From an uncultured delta proteobacterium (lineage in GTDB: Bacteria > Desulfobacterota > Binatia > Binatales > Binataceae), in the NCBI GenBank assembly GCA_963765675.1, contig CAVXXK010000005.1:27170-91169 (forward strand): 64,000 nt of DNA, in the 5' to 3' direction. The notes below the pieces were generated by a model, which saw only the letters and a list, made by a program, of their open reading frames with translations, was not told where the DNA came from and made no database searches. The position numbers and the translations under genes are program-made. Numbering within the stretch: position 1 is the stretch's first letter; the number at the start of each line of letters is the position of its first letter. Of this stretch, positions 10,871 through 21,416 are shown piece after piece.

Positions 10871-11385
10871 TTCACTACCGCTTCGGGATCGACGCCCGAC
10901 GGAACCAGGCTCGGCGCGTAGGCGCGGCCGGTCAGGTTGCCCATATGGCCGGTTAGATAAACGACGGAATTAGGACCCGCGATCACAGCGTGATGCAGCC
11001 CGATCGGACCCTTATGTGCCCGCGCCGCCGCTTGATATTCCGGATAATACGAGCCCAGCAGCACGCTCAGATCGGGCGGCCGGTGCCCTTGCCATGCGAC
11101 GCCGAATACCGGACCGGAGCGAGCGGAATATTCGCGCACCGTGACTCCGTTGCCGGTGACAAATGATTGAGTGGAGAACTTCGCGGGCTGTGCCGACTGA
11201 GTTGTAGCGGCCGATTGCGAAACCGCCGGCGACATTTTACCCGCCATCGCGGAGGCGTCGGCCGTGACCGATGCGGCATCGCCGCCTAGTCCGGCACGCG
11301 CGGGAATCGATCCGATGATTAGAACGCTCCCAGCCAGAAGCGCTGCGACAGCAAGTTTTCCGCCCCGTACACCGACCGTCTTCAT
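10867..11385 (-). CDS. DUF2844 secreted protein
   Basis: Signal peptide ..ARAGLGG, GVTVREY, VFGVAWQG..PDL..LLGSY, GHMG...GRAY.P. Its stop overlaps the DUF3443 start (ATGA). Confidence 0.8.
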   Translation of the reverse strand: MKTVGVRGGKLAVAALLAGSVLIIGSIPARAGLGGDAASVTADASAMAGKMSPAVSQSAATTQSAQPAKFSTQSFVTGNGVTVREYSARSGPVFGVAWQGHRPPDLSVLLGSYYPEYQAAARAHKGPIGLHHAVIAGPNSVVYLTGHMGNLTGRAYAPSLVPSGVDPEAVVK

Positions 11386-11580
11386 TTTCAAACCTGCAAC
11401 GCCGAGCTGTCGGCGTGGTAGCACATGGTCTCTAGAGAAGACGTTCGGGATTGAGCTTTCGTTGCACCTCGCCGGAGAAAAAAACTACCTTCCGTTTTTT
11501 ATGAATGAAATTTAAGTTACTGAGTATTTTTTTCTTTCGCGGATAATCTTATGTATTCTGCGGCTCAAATTTCGTCATAG

Positions 11581-12390
11581 TCAGCGCAGATCGGCAGGGG
11601 TTTGTCCCTCGACGACGCGCTTGGCGATTTTCACGACTACCGAGCGCGGCGCCAGGCGCACGAAATTTGCGCGCACCCAGTTGAACCATCCCGAGATTAC
11701 CGACGGATGCTTTCCCAGCGCGTCGAAGGTCACCCGCACGACGTTCTCCGGCGGCTCGCCGTGGTTGGGACCGACGCTCTCTCCCGCGACCTGCTGAAAC
11801 TCGGTCGCGGTCGATCCCGGCTCGAGAACGATCGCGTCGACGCCGGTCCCGCGCAGCTCGCCCCATAGACCCTCGCCGAACAGCAGATCGAATCCCTTGG
11901 TCGCGCTGTACACCGCATGCAGCGGGAGCGGTTGGCGTCCCGCGACCGAGCCTACGACAATCACCGCGCCGCGCCCGCGCTTCAGCATCCCGGGCAGAAT
12001 CCTGCTGGTCAGGACGACCGGAACCTCGCAGTTGACGCGGACCATCATCCGAAGGCGCTCGGTGTCGAGCTTGTCGAAACGGCCCGCGTAGCCGAAGCCC
12101 GCGTTGTTAACGAGGATCGCGATCGGCAAATCCGCGACCGCACTCGCGAGCCGGTCGGCGCCATCGACGGCGGCAAGATCGGCGGCGACGACGCGAGTCT
12201 CGATTTTGTATCGATCGCGCAGCTCGGCCGCGAGCGCGTTCAGCCGATCCTCGCGGCGCGCGGTCAGCACCACGGACAGGTTCTCGCGCGCGAGCGCGCG
12301 GGCGAATTCGAGCCCGATTCCGGCAGACGCGCCCGTGACCAGAGCCCAGTCGCCATAGCGCTGCCGCAGGTTCCATCGTGATTCAGCCAT
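11581..12390 (-). CDS. SDR family oxidoreductase
   Basis: TGASAGIG, NNAG, YSATK. Confidence 0.92.
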   Translation of the reverse strand: MAESRWNLRQRYGDWALVTGASAGIGLEFARALARENLSVVLTARREDRLNALAAELRDRYKIETRVVAADLAAVDGADRLASAVADLPIAILVNNAGFGYAGRFDKLDTERLRMMVRVNCEVPVVLTSRILPGMLKRGRGAVIVVGSVAGRQPLPLHAVYSATKGFDLLFGEGLWGELRGTGVDAIVLEPGSTATEFQQVAGESVGPNHGEPPENVVRVTFDALGKHPSVISGWFNWVRANFVRLAPRSVVVKIAKRVVEGQTPADLR

Positions 12391-12646
12391 TCGCGATGCC
12401 TCCGATTTCCCGTCTCAGATTTCTCCCCCATTGTCTGACATGGGCAAGGATTAAAGGAGGGGGTGCAGCAACAAATTTAGCTAGATGCAAACTCGACAGA
12501 AACTGTGAATCTCTGCTTTACCAGCCACTGACTATCTGAAGCTTCAGCTCCGCCTCGATTGGATATACGTGCAGCTCCAGGAGGTTCGACAGCGCCGGTG
12601 GCGTTCGGGTAAGAGTAGCTGAGCGATACATCGGAGGCTCATCCAT

Positions 12647-14236
12647 ATGGCATCGGCTACTCTGCGCGAGGCGCAACCGGTCGTCGAAACGACCTGCGGC
12701 AAAGTTCGCGGAAAAATCGCCGGGGATGTCAGCGTCTTCAGAGGAGTTCCGTACGGCGCTTCGACCGCGGGCAAGAATCGCTTCATGCCGCCGGTCGCGG
12801 CGCCCGCGTGGACAGGTGTGCGCGACGCGTTCGAGTACGGACCGAGCGCGCCACAGAATCCCTCCTCGATGCGCGGCAAGGTCGATCCGCGTAGCGGGTT
12901 CGCCGCGTATGGCGATGCTGACGGCATCGCGGAAAGCGAAGACTGCCTTGTTCTCAATGTATGGACGCCCTCACCGGGCGACGGCGGCAAGCGGCCCGTG
13001 ATGTTCTGGTGCCACGGCGGCGGTTTCGCGGCGAGCTCGGGTTCGCCCCTGATGTACGCCGGGGAGAGGCTGGCCAGTCGAGGCGACGTGGTGGTGGTGA
13101 CCGTCAACCATCGCCTCGGCTCACTTGGATATAGCTATATCGCGGGAGTTGGTGGCGAGCGGTTTGCCTCGTCGGTCAACGTCGGGATGCTCGATCTGGT
13201 CGCGGCGCTTAAGTGGGTCCGCGACAATATCGCGCGGTTCGGCGGCGACCCGGGTTGCGTCACGATCTTCGGCGAATCGGGAGGAGGCGCGAAGGTCTCG
13301 ACTCTGCTCGCGATGCCGTCGGCCAAAGGACTCTTTCATCGCGCGGTGATCCAGAGCGGTCCCGGCTTTCGGATGCTCGAGACCAATAGTGCGATCGAGA
13401 CCGCCGACATGCTGCTCGGCGAGTTGGGACTCGACCGCGCCCGCGTCGGCGAAATCCAGAACCTCTCGGTGCATCGGATTCTCGCGGCCGAGGCCGCGGT
13501 CGAGCGCAAGCTCGGCCGGCGCGTCGTCGGATTCCGGCAAGGCTTCGCACCGGTGGTCGACAGACAGACGCTCGAACAGCATCCGTTCGATCCGAAAGCG
13601 CCGGCGATATCCGCCGGCGTGCCGGTGATGATCGGATACAACCGCACCGAAACGACGCTGTTCCTGGCCGGCGACCGCGAAGCGTTCTCCCTCGACGAGG
13701 CGGGGCTTCAGCGCCGCGTCAAGTTTTTGCTGCGCGACAATTCCGAACGCGTCATAGAGGAGTTCCGCGCCGCAAATCCGGGCGCGACCGCGTCGGAACT
13801 TTTCTTCCTGATCGGCACCGAATTTCCGACCGGCGCGTTCTCGCGCAAAATCGCGCAGCGCAAGAGTGAGCAAGGTGCTGCTCCGGCTTATCTCTACCGC
13901 TTCGACTGGGAGACGCCGATCGCGGGCGGCAGAATGAAATCGCCGCACGCGCTCGAAATCACTTTCGTGTTCGATCACGCGGGCGAGCCGCTCGCGCCAC
14001 GGCTTGCGCCCGACAGTCCCGAGGTTCACGCCCTCGCGGCCGAGATGAGCAGCCGCTGGATCGCGTTTGCGCGCAGCGGCAATCCGAACACCGGAAATGC
14101 GCCGCGCTGGCCCGAGTATTCCGCCGACGGACGCGCGACGATGATCTTCAATAGCAAGAGCAGGGTCGAGAACGATCCTGCGCGCCAGGAGCGGCTCGCG
14201 ATCGATCGCGTCCTGTTCCCGTCGGAAACCGCGTGA
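12647..14236 (+). CDS. carboxylesterase type B
   Basis: SEDCLVLNVW, HGGG oxyanion hole, FGESGG nucleophile, HALE. Confidence 0.93.
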   Translation: MASATLREAQPVVETTCGKVRGKIAGDVSVFRGVPYGASTAGKNRFMPPVAAPAWTGVRDAFEYGPSAPQNPSSMRGKVDPRSGFAAYGDADGIAESEDCLVLNVWTPSPGDGGKRPVMFWCHGGGFAASSGSPLMYAGERLASRGDVVVVTVNHRLGSLGYSYIAGVGGERFASSVNVGMLDLVAALKWVRDNIARFGGDPGCVTIFGESGGGAKVSTLLAMPSAKGLFHRAVIQSGPGFRMLETNSAIETADMLLGELGLDRARVGEIQNLSVHRILAAEAAVERKLGRRVVGFRQGFAPVVDRQTLEQHPFDPKAPAISAGVPVMIGYNRTETTLFLAGDREAFSLDEAGLQRRVKFLLRDNSERVIEEFRAANPGATASELFFLIGTEFPTGAFSRKIAQRKSEQGAAPAYLYRFDWETPIAGGRMKSPHALEITFVFDHAGEPLAPRLAPDSPEVHALAAEMSSRWIAFARSGNPNTGNAPRWPEYSADGRATMIFNSKSRVENDPARQERLAIDRVLFPSETA

Positions 14237-14283
14237 GGGGCTGAGTATCTAGTACTGAGACGCGTCGCAATCTGAGAATCCGC

Positions 14284-16047
14284 TCAGCGCAGGAGCGACG
14301 AGTTATCGCGATGCTCGAGGATTGCGATCGTTTGCCGATAGCCTTCGTCGATCGCGCGCCGGTACCCCTTCCAGTCGAGCATCCCCATCGGCTCGATCCG
14401 CGGCTCGATCAGCAGATCGACCTGCGGGCGCAGATGACGCACCTGCGCTTCGCTGCCCACCGTTCCGGCGCGCATCAGCAATGCGACGATATTAGGCGAA
14501 CCGCGACGCGCGGGCCGCAGCATGTTGAAAAGGCTCAATTCCTCGAGCGCCTGGGCGGCGGCGGCCAGCGCGTGGTCGCGCATCACGTCGACGGCGACGA
14601 CCGGCCCGCGGCGCATCGCCAGCATCAGGTCGATTGGCATGTTGTTGAGCACCCCACCGTCGACCAGGATATGGCCGTTTTCGATCACCGGCGTGAGCAC
14701 GCCTGGAATTGCAACACTGGCGCGCAGCGCCTTCCAGATCGGACCGCTGCGAAAAATCCGCACCTGCCCGGTGGTCAAATCCGAGGCGGTGCAAACCAGA
14801 GTGCGCCAGCATTCCTCGAGATTTACGTCGCCGAAATGCTCGCGCAGCCGCCGCGACACTTTGCGTCCGCGAGCGAGCGCGATGATTGGAATCGTATAGT
14901 CGCTGAGCGGGTTGCTTTCGACGAAGGCGGGCACCAAGTGCTTCAGCGTCTGCTCGCGATCCCATTCGAGCGCCGCGGTGGCGGCGATGATCGCGCCCAT
15001 GCTCGCGCCGGCGTAGAGATCGATCTCGATTCCCGCTTCGTTCAGCGCCGCGATCACACCCAAATGTGCGAAGCCGCGCGCTCCTCCGCCCGACAGCACG
15101 ATTCCGACCGCGTGCCCCGCGATTAGCCGCGCCATCCGCGCGAGGTCCGACGCGTTGCCCTCGCGCACGTGCGAATGATCGGCCTCGGGGAAGCGCTGCA
15201 CGATCGCGGCGGTATGCGCGGCGCGAGGTGAGTCGCGCGGATGCAGGATCACCAGCTCGACGCCGGCGTGCCGGCGCGCTTTGATCATTGTCTCAATCGG
15301 AGTGCTGTCGCGCGCGGCGGCAGACTCCGGCGCGGCGCGAACGATCGCGAGCACGCGATCGGCCTGCCGCAGGCATTGCCCGGTCCATGCGGTAGGCTCA
15401 CTCTCGCCGACGTAGAGGACCAGATCGTGCGCCTCTTCCAGTTGCGCAAACCATTCGGTTCCGCGGCCGGCGTCGGCCGCTCCCGTGATGGCCGCCTTAC
15501 CCCCGCGAGCCTCAATCGCGCGGGCCAGATCGCGGGCGAATGCAGCAGCGTCGACGTCGGGGCCTAGCGGCTGGATCGCAAGCGCGCGCGGCGCGTCGGC
15601 GCTCGCCGGCCGGCGCGAGGTGTTGCGCAAGCGGCTAACCAAAAGGCCGTTCATGAAGCGCATCGCCGCGGGGCTCGAATCGATCAACTGGTCGAACGCA
15701 CCCTTCGGCATCCGCAATAGTTCCGTATCGCGCAGCGCCTCGACCCGCGCCGAGCGCACCTCGCCCGAGAGCATCGCCATCTCGCCAACCGTCTCGCCGG
15801 CGCCGATCTGCGCGATAACATGCTGGCCATTTTCGGCCGTGTTTGCGATCACGACCAGCCGCCCGGAGAGCACGATAAACATCGCGTCGCCAGGCTCCCC
15901 CGCGTCGAACAAGGTCCATCCTCCCGGCAGGCTTATCCATTCGAGCTGCTCGCAAATCGAGTCGCGGACCGCGGGCTCAAGGTCTTTGAAAATCGCAAGC
16001 GGAGCGATCTTCTCGGCGACAATCCGAACCAGGCCGGGATCATTCAT
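14284..16047 (-). CDS. cNMP-binding patatin-like phospholipase (NTE family)
   Basis: cNMP domain (GEMA..RSA), GGGARG, GASMG, DGG. Confidence 0.92.
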   Translation of the reverse strand: MNDPGLVRIVAEKIAPLAIFKDLEPAVRDSICEQLEWISLPGGWTLFDAGEPGDAMFIVLSGRLVVIANTAENGQHVIAQIGAGETVGEMAMLSGEVRSARVEALRDTELLRMPKGAFDQLIDSSPAAMRFMNGLLVSRLRNTSRRPASADAPRALAIQPLGPDVDAAAFARDLARAIEARGGKAAITGAADAGRGTEWFAQLEEAHDLVLYVGESEPTAWTGQCLRQADRVLAIVRAAPESAAARDSTPIETMIKARRHAGVELVILHPRDSPRAAHTAAIVQRFPEADHSHVREGNASDLARMARLIAGHAVGIVLSGGGARGFAHLGVIAALNEAGIEIDLYAGASMGAIIAATAALEWDREQTLKHLVPAFVESNPLSDYTIPIIALARGRKVSRRLREHFGDVNLEECWRTLVCTASDLTTGQVRIFRSGPIWKALRASVAIPGVLTPVIENGHILVDGGVLNNMPIDLMLAMRRGPVVAVDVMRDHALAAAAQALEELSLFNMLRPARRGSPNIVALLMRAGTVGSEAQVRHLRPQVDLLIEPRIEPMGMLDWKGYRRAIDEGYRQTIAILEHRDNSSLLR

Positions 16048-16153
16048 CACGCGCGATTGTACAATAGATAGTGCGCTTCATACATTGCGAAACGTGATTG
16101 CCCCAGGCGGCACACGCAGTTACGATCAAGCATCACGCGCCGGAGGTGTCTCG

Positions 16154-17401
16154 ATGAAGACCGAGCGGCCCGACAATAGATTCGATCGGCGTGAGTTCTT
16201 CAAACGCGGAGCGGTCGCGGGAATCGGTATCGCGCTCGCCCCTTTCGCTGCGGCGGCGGCGGAAGCCAGCACTCCACCACCTGGTCCTCCGGAAGTCCGG
16301 CGCTACGTGACGCTCGGAAACACCGGCATGAAAGTCTCCGACATCTCGTTCGGTTCGAGCCGGCTTCGCGCGGGCGAGGAAGCTATCGTCCTTCACGCTT
16401 TCGACGCCGGGATTAACTATTTCGATTCCGCCAATGAATACGGCGGTGGCGAATCGGAGACTACCATCGGAAACGCACTCAAGGGCAAGCGCGACAAAGT
16501 ATATTTGACCTCGAAAGTGATTACCGCGCCAGATACTCCGCGCGGCGAAATGATGAGCGCGCTCGAAGCGAGCCTTAAGCGCCTGCAAACTGACTATGTG
16601 GATGTTTACTTCAATCACGCGGTGAACAATGTCGAGCGGCTCAAGAACCCCGAATGGCACGCATTCGTTGCCGACGCGCGCAAGCAGGGAAAGATTCGCC
16701 ACGTCGGGATGTCGGGGCACGCGGGGCATCTGATCGAATGCCTTGATTACGCAATCGACAACAACCAGGTTGACGTGATTCTGGCGGCCTATAATTTCGG
16801 GCAGGACCCGCGCTTCTACCAACACTTCCTGGGCGGATTTGATTTCGTCGCACGCCAGCCCGATCTGCCGCGCGTGCTGGAGAAGGCGCATAGCAAGGGC
16901 GTCGGCGTGGTAGTGATGAAAACCCTGATGGGCGCGCGGCTGAACGACATGCGGCCCTACGAGAAAGACGGCGCGTCATTCGCTCCCGCGGCCTTCCGAT
17001 GGGTGCTCTCGAATCCCAACGTGAACGCGCTGATCGTGTCGATGACCAGCAATGAGATCATCGACGAATATCTGGGCGCCTCCGGATGGCGCGCCACCGC
17101 GGCGGCCGACTTGCCGCTGCTCCGGCGCTACGCGCGGATGAATGGAACCTCGTATTGCCGCCACGCGTGCGACGCATGCGAGAGCTCGTGCCCCAACGGC
17201 GTTCCGATCGCCGACGTGATGCGTACGCGAATGTATGCGAATGACTATGGCGACGTGCGCTTCGCGCGCGCCGAATATGCGATGCTCGCGAGCAACGCCG
17301 CCGCGTGTCTGTCGTGCACGGCAAAACCCTGCGCAAGCGCCTGCCCCCACGGCGTGCCGGTAGCCCAGCTCACGGCGCCAACGCATCAGATGCTCGCGTA
17401 G
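16154..17401 (+). CDS. Tat-exported aldo/keto reductase with C-terminal Fe-S dicluster
   Basis: DRREFFK Tat motif, YFDSANEYG, Cys clusters CRHACDACESSCP and CLSC...CASACP. Confidence 0.85.
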   Translation: MKTERPDNRFDRREFFKRGAVAGIGIALAPFAAAAAEASTPPPGPPEVRRYVTLGNTGMKVSDISFGSSRLRAGEEAIVLHAFDAGINYFDSANEYGGGESETTIGNALKGKRDKVYLTSKVITAPDTPRGEMMSALEASLKRLQTDYVDVYFNHAVNNVERLKNPEWHAFVADARKQGKIRHVGMSGHAGHLIECLDYAIDNNQVDVILAAYNFGQDPRFYQHFLGGFDFVARQPDLPRVLEKAHSKGVGVVVMKTLMGARLNDMRPYEKDGASFAPAAFRWVLSNPNVNALIVSMTSNEIIDEYLGASGWRATAAADLPLLRRYARMNGTSYCRHACDACESSCPNGVPIADVMRTRMYANDYGDVRFARAEYAMLASNAAACLSCTAKPCASACPHGVPVAQLTAPTHQMLA

Positions 17402-17434
17402 CTATTGCGCATCAGCGCAGTCTCTCGCCCCCTG

Positions 17435-17619
17435 TCTGATCCCTCGCCCAGTATGGGAGAGGTAAGGTGAGGGACCTTATTCAGCGCGGCGCAAAGCGCC
17501 GCGCGATTAGAGAAAGGAACCTACGCATCCAGCACGATCCACGATCGAGCAAGGCCGCCCTCACCCGCGCGAGGCTTCGCAACGCGAAGCCTCACGCGGC
17601 CTCTCCCGGGGGGAGAGGC
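17435..17619 (+). repeat. palindromic intergenic repeat, copy A
   Basis: TCTGATCCCTCGCCC..GGGAGAGGTAAGGTGAGGGACCTT is shared with the 2378-2760 copy. Confidence 0.8.
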
Positions 17620-17665
17620 GCAATCATTGTCTGTACTCTCCGGGCGGTGGGAGAGGCTATTCTGC

Positions 17666-17856
17666 CCCTCGCCCTCCGGGAGAGGGCAAGCGGCGCGATG
17701 CTTGCGCTTCTTTCGCAAGCATCGTGACGCGCGGGTGAGGGCGGCCTTGCTCGATCGCGGAGGCGGCTGAATACCCCGTTTCTTTCTTTAATCGCGCGGC
17801 GCTGCGCGCCGCGCTGAATAAGGTCCCTCACCTGGCCTCTCCCTTTCAGGGCGAGG
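17666..17856 (-). repeat. palindromic intergenic repeat, copy B (inverted relative to A)
   Basis: Reverse complement CCTCGCCCTGAAAGGGAGAGG...CGATGCTTGCGAAAGAAGCGCAAGCATCG. It supplies the stop codon of the carotenoid oxygenase. Confidence 0.8.
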
Positions 17857-19312
17857 AATTTAATAGTTGATCGCCGGGGATCCAGATTGTGTGGAAGCCT
17901 ACCGGGACGCGTTGCGGAATCTTCACGCGGGCTAACGGACCCTTCGCGATGTCCTTTGCGTCGAGGATTACTACTTCGCCGGAGTCTTTCGCATTTACGT
18001 CGGAGACGAAGGCTACTACGTAACCGTCGTCTTCGTCGCGCGCGCCTACGCGCGGCGCGAATGGACATTCGTTGGCGGTGCGGCCCGCGCCGAATAGATA
18101 CTTCTCGGTCGAGTTGCGCTCGAGGTCGTACTTAACAATTCCCTCAAAGTGCGGGACCAGCGAATTGTATGCGTAGCGCGAGCGCCTGCCCATCCGGCCG
18201 CGATTGATCGTCGGCCATTCGGTGCGGGTGTCGTCGAGCTGCTCTTCCTTTACCTCACCCGTCCCGAGATTAAAGCGCCATCTGCATACCTGCGCTTCGA
18301 GCCGCAGGAACGCGCGCATCCGCGCCAACTCGCCCTCACCGCGCTTCGCGCCCGGCTCGGGCTGGATGACGCGGCACGCGTCCATCACGATCACGTCGTT
18401 GCCGGCCGTGTCCTTTTCTTCCCACGAATTGATCACGTGATAGATGTAGCACGGCGACGCTTCGAACCATCGCACGTCGCGATTGGTTCCGAATCGCGGC
18501 AGGATACCGAAGCGGCTCGGCATCTCCGGATAGTAAGTTACTTTATGCACTCCGCGCTGAAGCAGTTCCGGATCCCAGAACAGCGGCAAATCCATCAGGA
18601 CTGAGTATTTTTCGGTAAATGCCATATCGTGCGGCAACCGCGGGCCGGGAATCTCGATCGGCGCATGATGCGTCAATTCTCCCGCCGCCGAAACGACGTT
18701 GTAGGTCATGAATGGAGCGGCGGTCGAATAGTCAAAGAACAATAGCTCGTTGGTTACCGGATCAACCTTCGCATGCGCGGAGACCGTACGCTTTAGGCCG
18801 CCGCGAAAAGTCTCGACGCCCAGAGTCTCGAGCGTGCGCGCATCGACCTTGTAGGGCAATCCGCACTGGTACCAGAGCGCGAGCGCGTAGCCGTTATGAA
18901 ATACCACGTCGGTATTCGCGGTATCTTTGAGCCATCCGTCGGAACCCGCGCCTTTTGGCGCGCTCGGGTCGGGACGGTCCATCAGTCCGGGCCAGATAGC
19001 GTGCCCGGCCTCGCGCTCAGTGCGAAAACCGTCAGTGCGAATCCATCGGTTGCGATACGAGGCTTTGCCGCCTTCAAAATGAATCGCGTGGATCATCCCG
19101 TCGCCGTCAAACCAATGGTAGCGGCCGCGCGGCTGAAAAATCGGATTAGGTCCGTTGCGCAAATAGACGCCGGACAAGTCGTCGGGAATCTCGCCGACGA
19201 CCTCAAGTGCGTCAGCAGTTATTTCGCGTCCGATCGGTCCGAAGACTCCGCGCAGAAACGGATTCTCGCCCGGCTCGATATTGATCGGAATTTCGTTTTC
19301 GATTTTCAGCAT
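17846..19312 (-). CDS. carotenoid oxygenase / lignostilbene dioxygenase family
   Basis: LRNGPNP, HWFDGDGM, and four iron-ligand His (SAHAK, PHDM, YHVIN, GFHT). Confidence 0.92.
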   Translation of the reverse strand: MLKIENEIPINIEPGENPFLRGVFGPIGREITADALEVVGEIPDDLSGVYLRNGPNPIFQPRGRYHWFDGDGMIHAIHFEGGKASYRNRWIRTDGFRTEREAGHAIWPGLMDRPDPSAPKGAGSDGWLKDTANTDVVFHNGYALALWYQCGLPYKVDARTLETLGVETFRGGLKRTVSAHAKVDPVTNELLFFDYSTAAPFMTYNVVSAAGELTHHAPIEIPGPRLPHDMAFTEKYSVLMDLPLFWDPELLQRGVHKVTYYPEMPSRFGILPRFGTNRDVRWFEASPCYIYHVINSWEEKDTAGNDVIVMDACRVIQPEPGAKRGEGELARMRAFLRLEAQVCRWRFNLGTGEVKEEQLDDTRTEWPTINRGRMGRRSRYAYNSLVPHFEGIVKYDLERNSTEKYLFGAGRTANECPFAPRVGARDEDDGYVVAFVSDVNAKDSGEVVILDAKDIAKGPLARVKIPQRVPVGFHTIWIPGDQLLNSSP

Positions 19313-19479
19313 CGCTCGTCGCCCTCGATTACAATCCGACTGCGCCGTCGATGCTAGCATAAGCGAGTATTTGCCAGTAGGACCGGCGCGCGCAGGTCTT
19401 TACCCCGAGGCGTCAGTGGAACTAGGATCGGGCACAGAGTGATCACAGACGCGATCGACACGCGAGGGAGACAGCCCCG

Positions 19480-20703
19480 ATGAGCGAGCATCTTACCGAA
19501 ATCGATCAACCGAACCGCTGGCGGCTCGAAACCCCTGGGCATCAGGGATGGAAGCGCACCGCGCGGCCAGACGATCCCAACAAGTACTTCATGGTCTCGG
19601 CCGATTGCCACGCCAACGAGCCCGGCGGCTTGTGGCATCAGCGGCTCGAAAAAGAATACGCAAAGCGCCTGCCGCGAATCGAGGTCGATGAGAACGGCGT
19701 CAAGTGGCAGGTCTCCGAAGGATGGGCGCGCTCGCGGCTGCTCGACAACCGCCTCGAAGGCGAGGATCACGTCCGCTCGAAGGCGGGCGCCGATCCGGCC
19801 GAGCGGCTCATCGATCTGGATCACGACGGCGTCGATGTCGAAGTCATTTTTCCGAACAAGGGACTGATGATGTGGGCGACGTCCGACGTGAAGTTCGCGG
19901 CGGCGCAGTGCCGCGTCTGGAATGATTGGGCCGCGGAGACCTACGGGCCGTATCGGGACCGGATGGTGCCGATGGCCTCGATCGCGACCGGCGACCTGGA
20001 AGGATGCGTCGGCGAGGTCGAGCGCGTGGCCAAGCTGGGCTTTCGCGGCGTCACCCTGCCGTGCAAGCCGATCTTCGGAGCGCACGACGCGCGCCATCCT
20101 AACTACAATCTGCCGATCTTCGATCCGCTGTGGGCGGCGCTGCAGGACCTGAACCTGTGCGTGACCTTCCACGTCTCGACCGGACGCGATCCGCGCGCGG
20201 CGCGCAAAGACGGCGGCGCGGTAATCAACTACGTATCGCATTCGCTCGCGCCGACGATCGAGCCGATCGCGAATCTGTGCGCGTCGGGCGTGATCGAGAA
20301 ATATCCGAAGCTGCGCTTCGCCTCGATCGAGGCGGGCATCGGATGGGTTCCGTGGGCGCTGCAGGCGATGGACGAGGCGTACAAGAAGCATCACATGTGG
20401 GTGTTCCCAAAGCTGAAGCATCTGCCGAGTGAGTATTTCCGCAGCAACGGTTTCGCGTCGTTCCAGGAAGACGCTCCCGGGCTCGACCTCGCGCCGAAGT
20501 ACGACCTGTGCGGCAACTTCATGTGGGCCAACGACTATCCGCATCATGAAGGATCGTGGCCGCATTCGGCCGAGGCGATCGAACGCCAGATGGCGCATCT
20601 GAGCGACGAGCAGCGCGCGCAGATCCTCGGGCTCAACGCGGCGCGGATGTTCAACCTCGAGGTGCGCCGCCGCGTGCCGATGCCGGCCGCGCGCGCGAAC
20701 TGA
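19480..20703 (+). CDS. amidohydrolase family 2 protein
   Basis: SADCH, FH, EAGIGWVP, MWANDYPH. Confidence 0.9.
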   Translation: MSEHLTEIDQPNRWRLETPGHQGWKRTARPDDPNKYFMVSADCHANEPGGLWHQRLEKEYAKRLPRIEVDENGVKWQVSEGWARSRLLDNRLEGEDHVRSKAGADPAERLIDLDHDGVDVEVIFPNKGLMMWATSDVKFAAAQCRVWNDWAAETYGPYRDRMVPMASIATGDLEGCVGEVERVAKLGFRGVTLPCKPIFGAHDARHPNYNLPIFDPLWAALQDLNLCVTFHVSTGRDPRAARKDGGAVINYVSHSLAPTIEPIANLCASGVIEKYPKLRFASIEAGIGWVPWALQAMDEAYKKHHMWVFPKLKHLPSEYFRSNGFASFQEDAPGLDLAPKYDLCGNFMWANDYPHHEGSWPHSAEAIERQMAHLSDEQRAQILGLNAARMFNLEVRRRVPMPAARAN

Positions 20704-20720
20704 GCGGGAGCCACGCGCCG

Positions 20721-21416
20721 TCAGAACAGTCGCTGGCCGAAGAAGAAGGCGTTGATGTCGCGTTTGCTGCCCTGTACTGCCGCGACCGGCTTCTTCGCAA
20801 GACGCCCGGCGAGCGCGCGAGCCTCGGATATCAGCTCTTCGCGCTTGACGATGCGGTTGATAAGGCCCATCGCGAGCAACTCTTCAGCACGGTAGTGGCG
20901 GCATTCGAGGATCGCCTCGCGCGCGCGCCACGGTCCCATCCGCGCCGCCATCAGTTGCGCGGGAGCGCCGCGATAAGGCACGCCCATGTCGACCTCGGGC
21001 ACCCAGAACTCCGCGCCCTCGGCCACCAGGCAGAAGTCGAACGCGAGCGCGAGCGACCATCCCCCGCCGACCGCGTAGCCGTTGATCGCGCCGATCGTCA
21101 GCGCGTCGAGATGAGTAATCGCTTCGAACGCGCGCCCAATCAGCCGCGGAAAGCGCCCCGCGGTCTCGCCCGTGATTCGCGCGCGCTCGCGCGGTTCGGT
21201 CACGCCGCGGGTCGCGGAGAGATCGGCACCGGCGGAAAATGCCGCGCCGGTGCCGGTCACGATCAGCACGCGGACCTCGCGGTCGTCGCGCACCTTATGG
21301 ATGAGGCTCTCGAGCTCGAGGATGACCTCGTCGTTCAGAGGGTTGCGCTTCTCGGGCCGGTTGAAAGTGATCGTGACGATCGCGGCGTCTTTTTCAAAAG
21401 TGAAATGTGTCGGCAT
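20721..21416 (-). CDS. enoyl-CoA hydratase/isomerase
   Basis: NRPEKRN, FSAGADL, GYAVGGG, PEV. Confidence 0.9.
   Translation of the reverse strand: MPTHFTFEKDAAIVTITFNRPEKRNPLNDEVILELESLIHKVRDDREVRVLIVTGTGAAFSAGADLSATRGVTEPRERARITGETAGRFPRLIGRAFEAITHLDALTIGAINGYAVGGGWSLALAFDFCLVAEGAEFWVPEVDMGVPYRGAPAQLMAARMGPWRAREAILECRHYRAEELLAMGLINRIVKREELISEARALAGRLAKKPVAAVQGSKRDINAFFFGQRLF

Noticed and set aside
15485-16153. N-terminal 223 codons of the 638-aa ORF
   Set aside because: Antisense shadow of the patatin gene. The real start is ATG 16154, with a GGAGG RBS and Tat motif.
19354-20598. 414-aa minus-strand ORF, and similar long overlapping ORFs such as 20556-21479, 57303-58373 and 59032-59823
   Set aside because: Shadow frames in high-GC DNA with no recognisable motifs.
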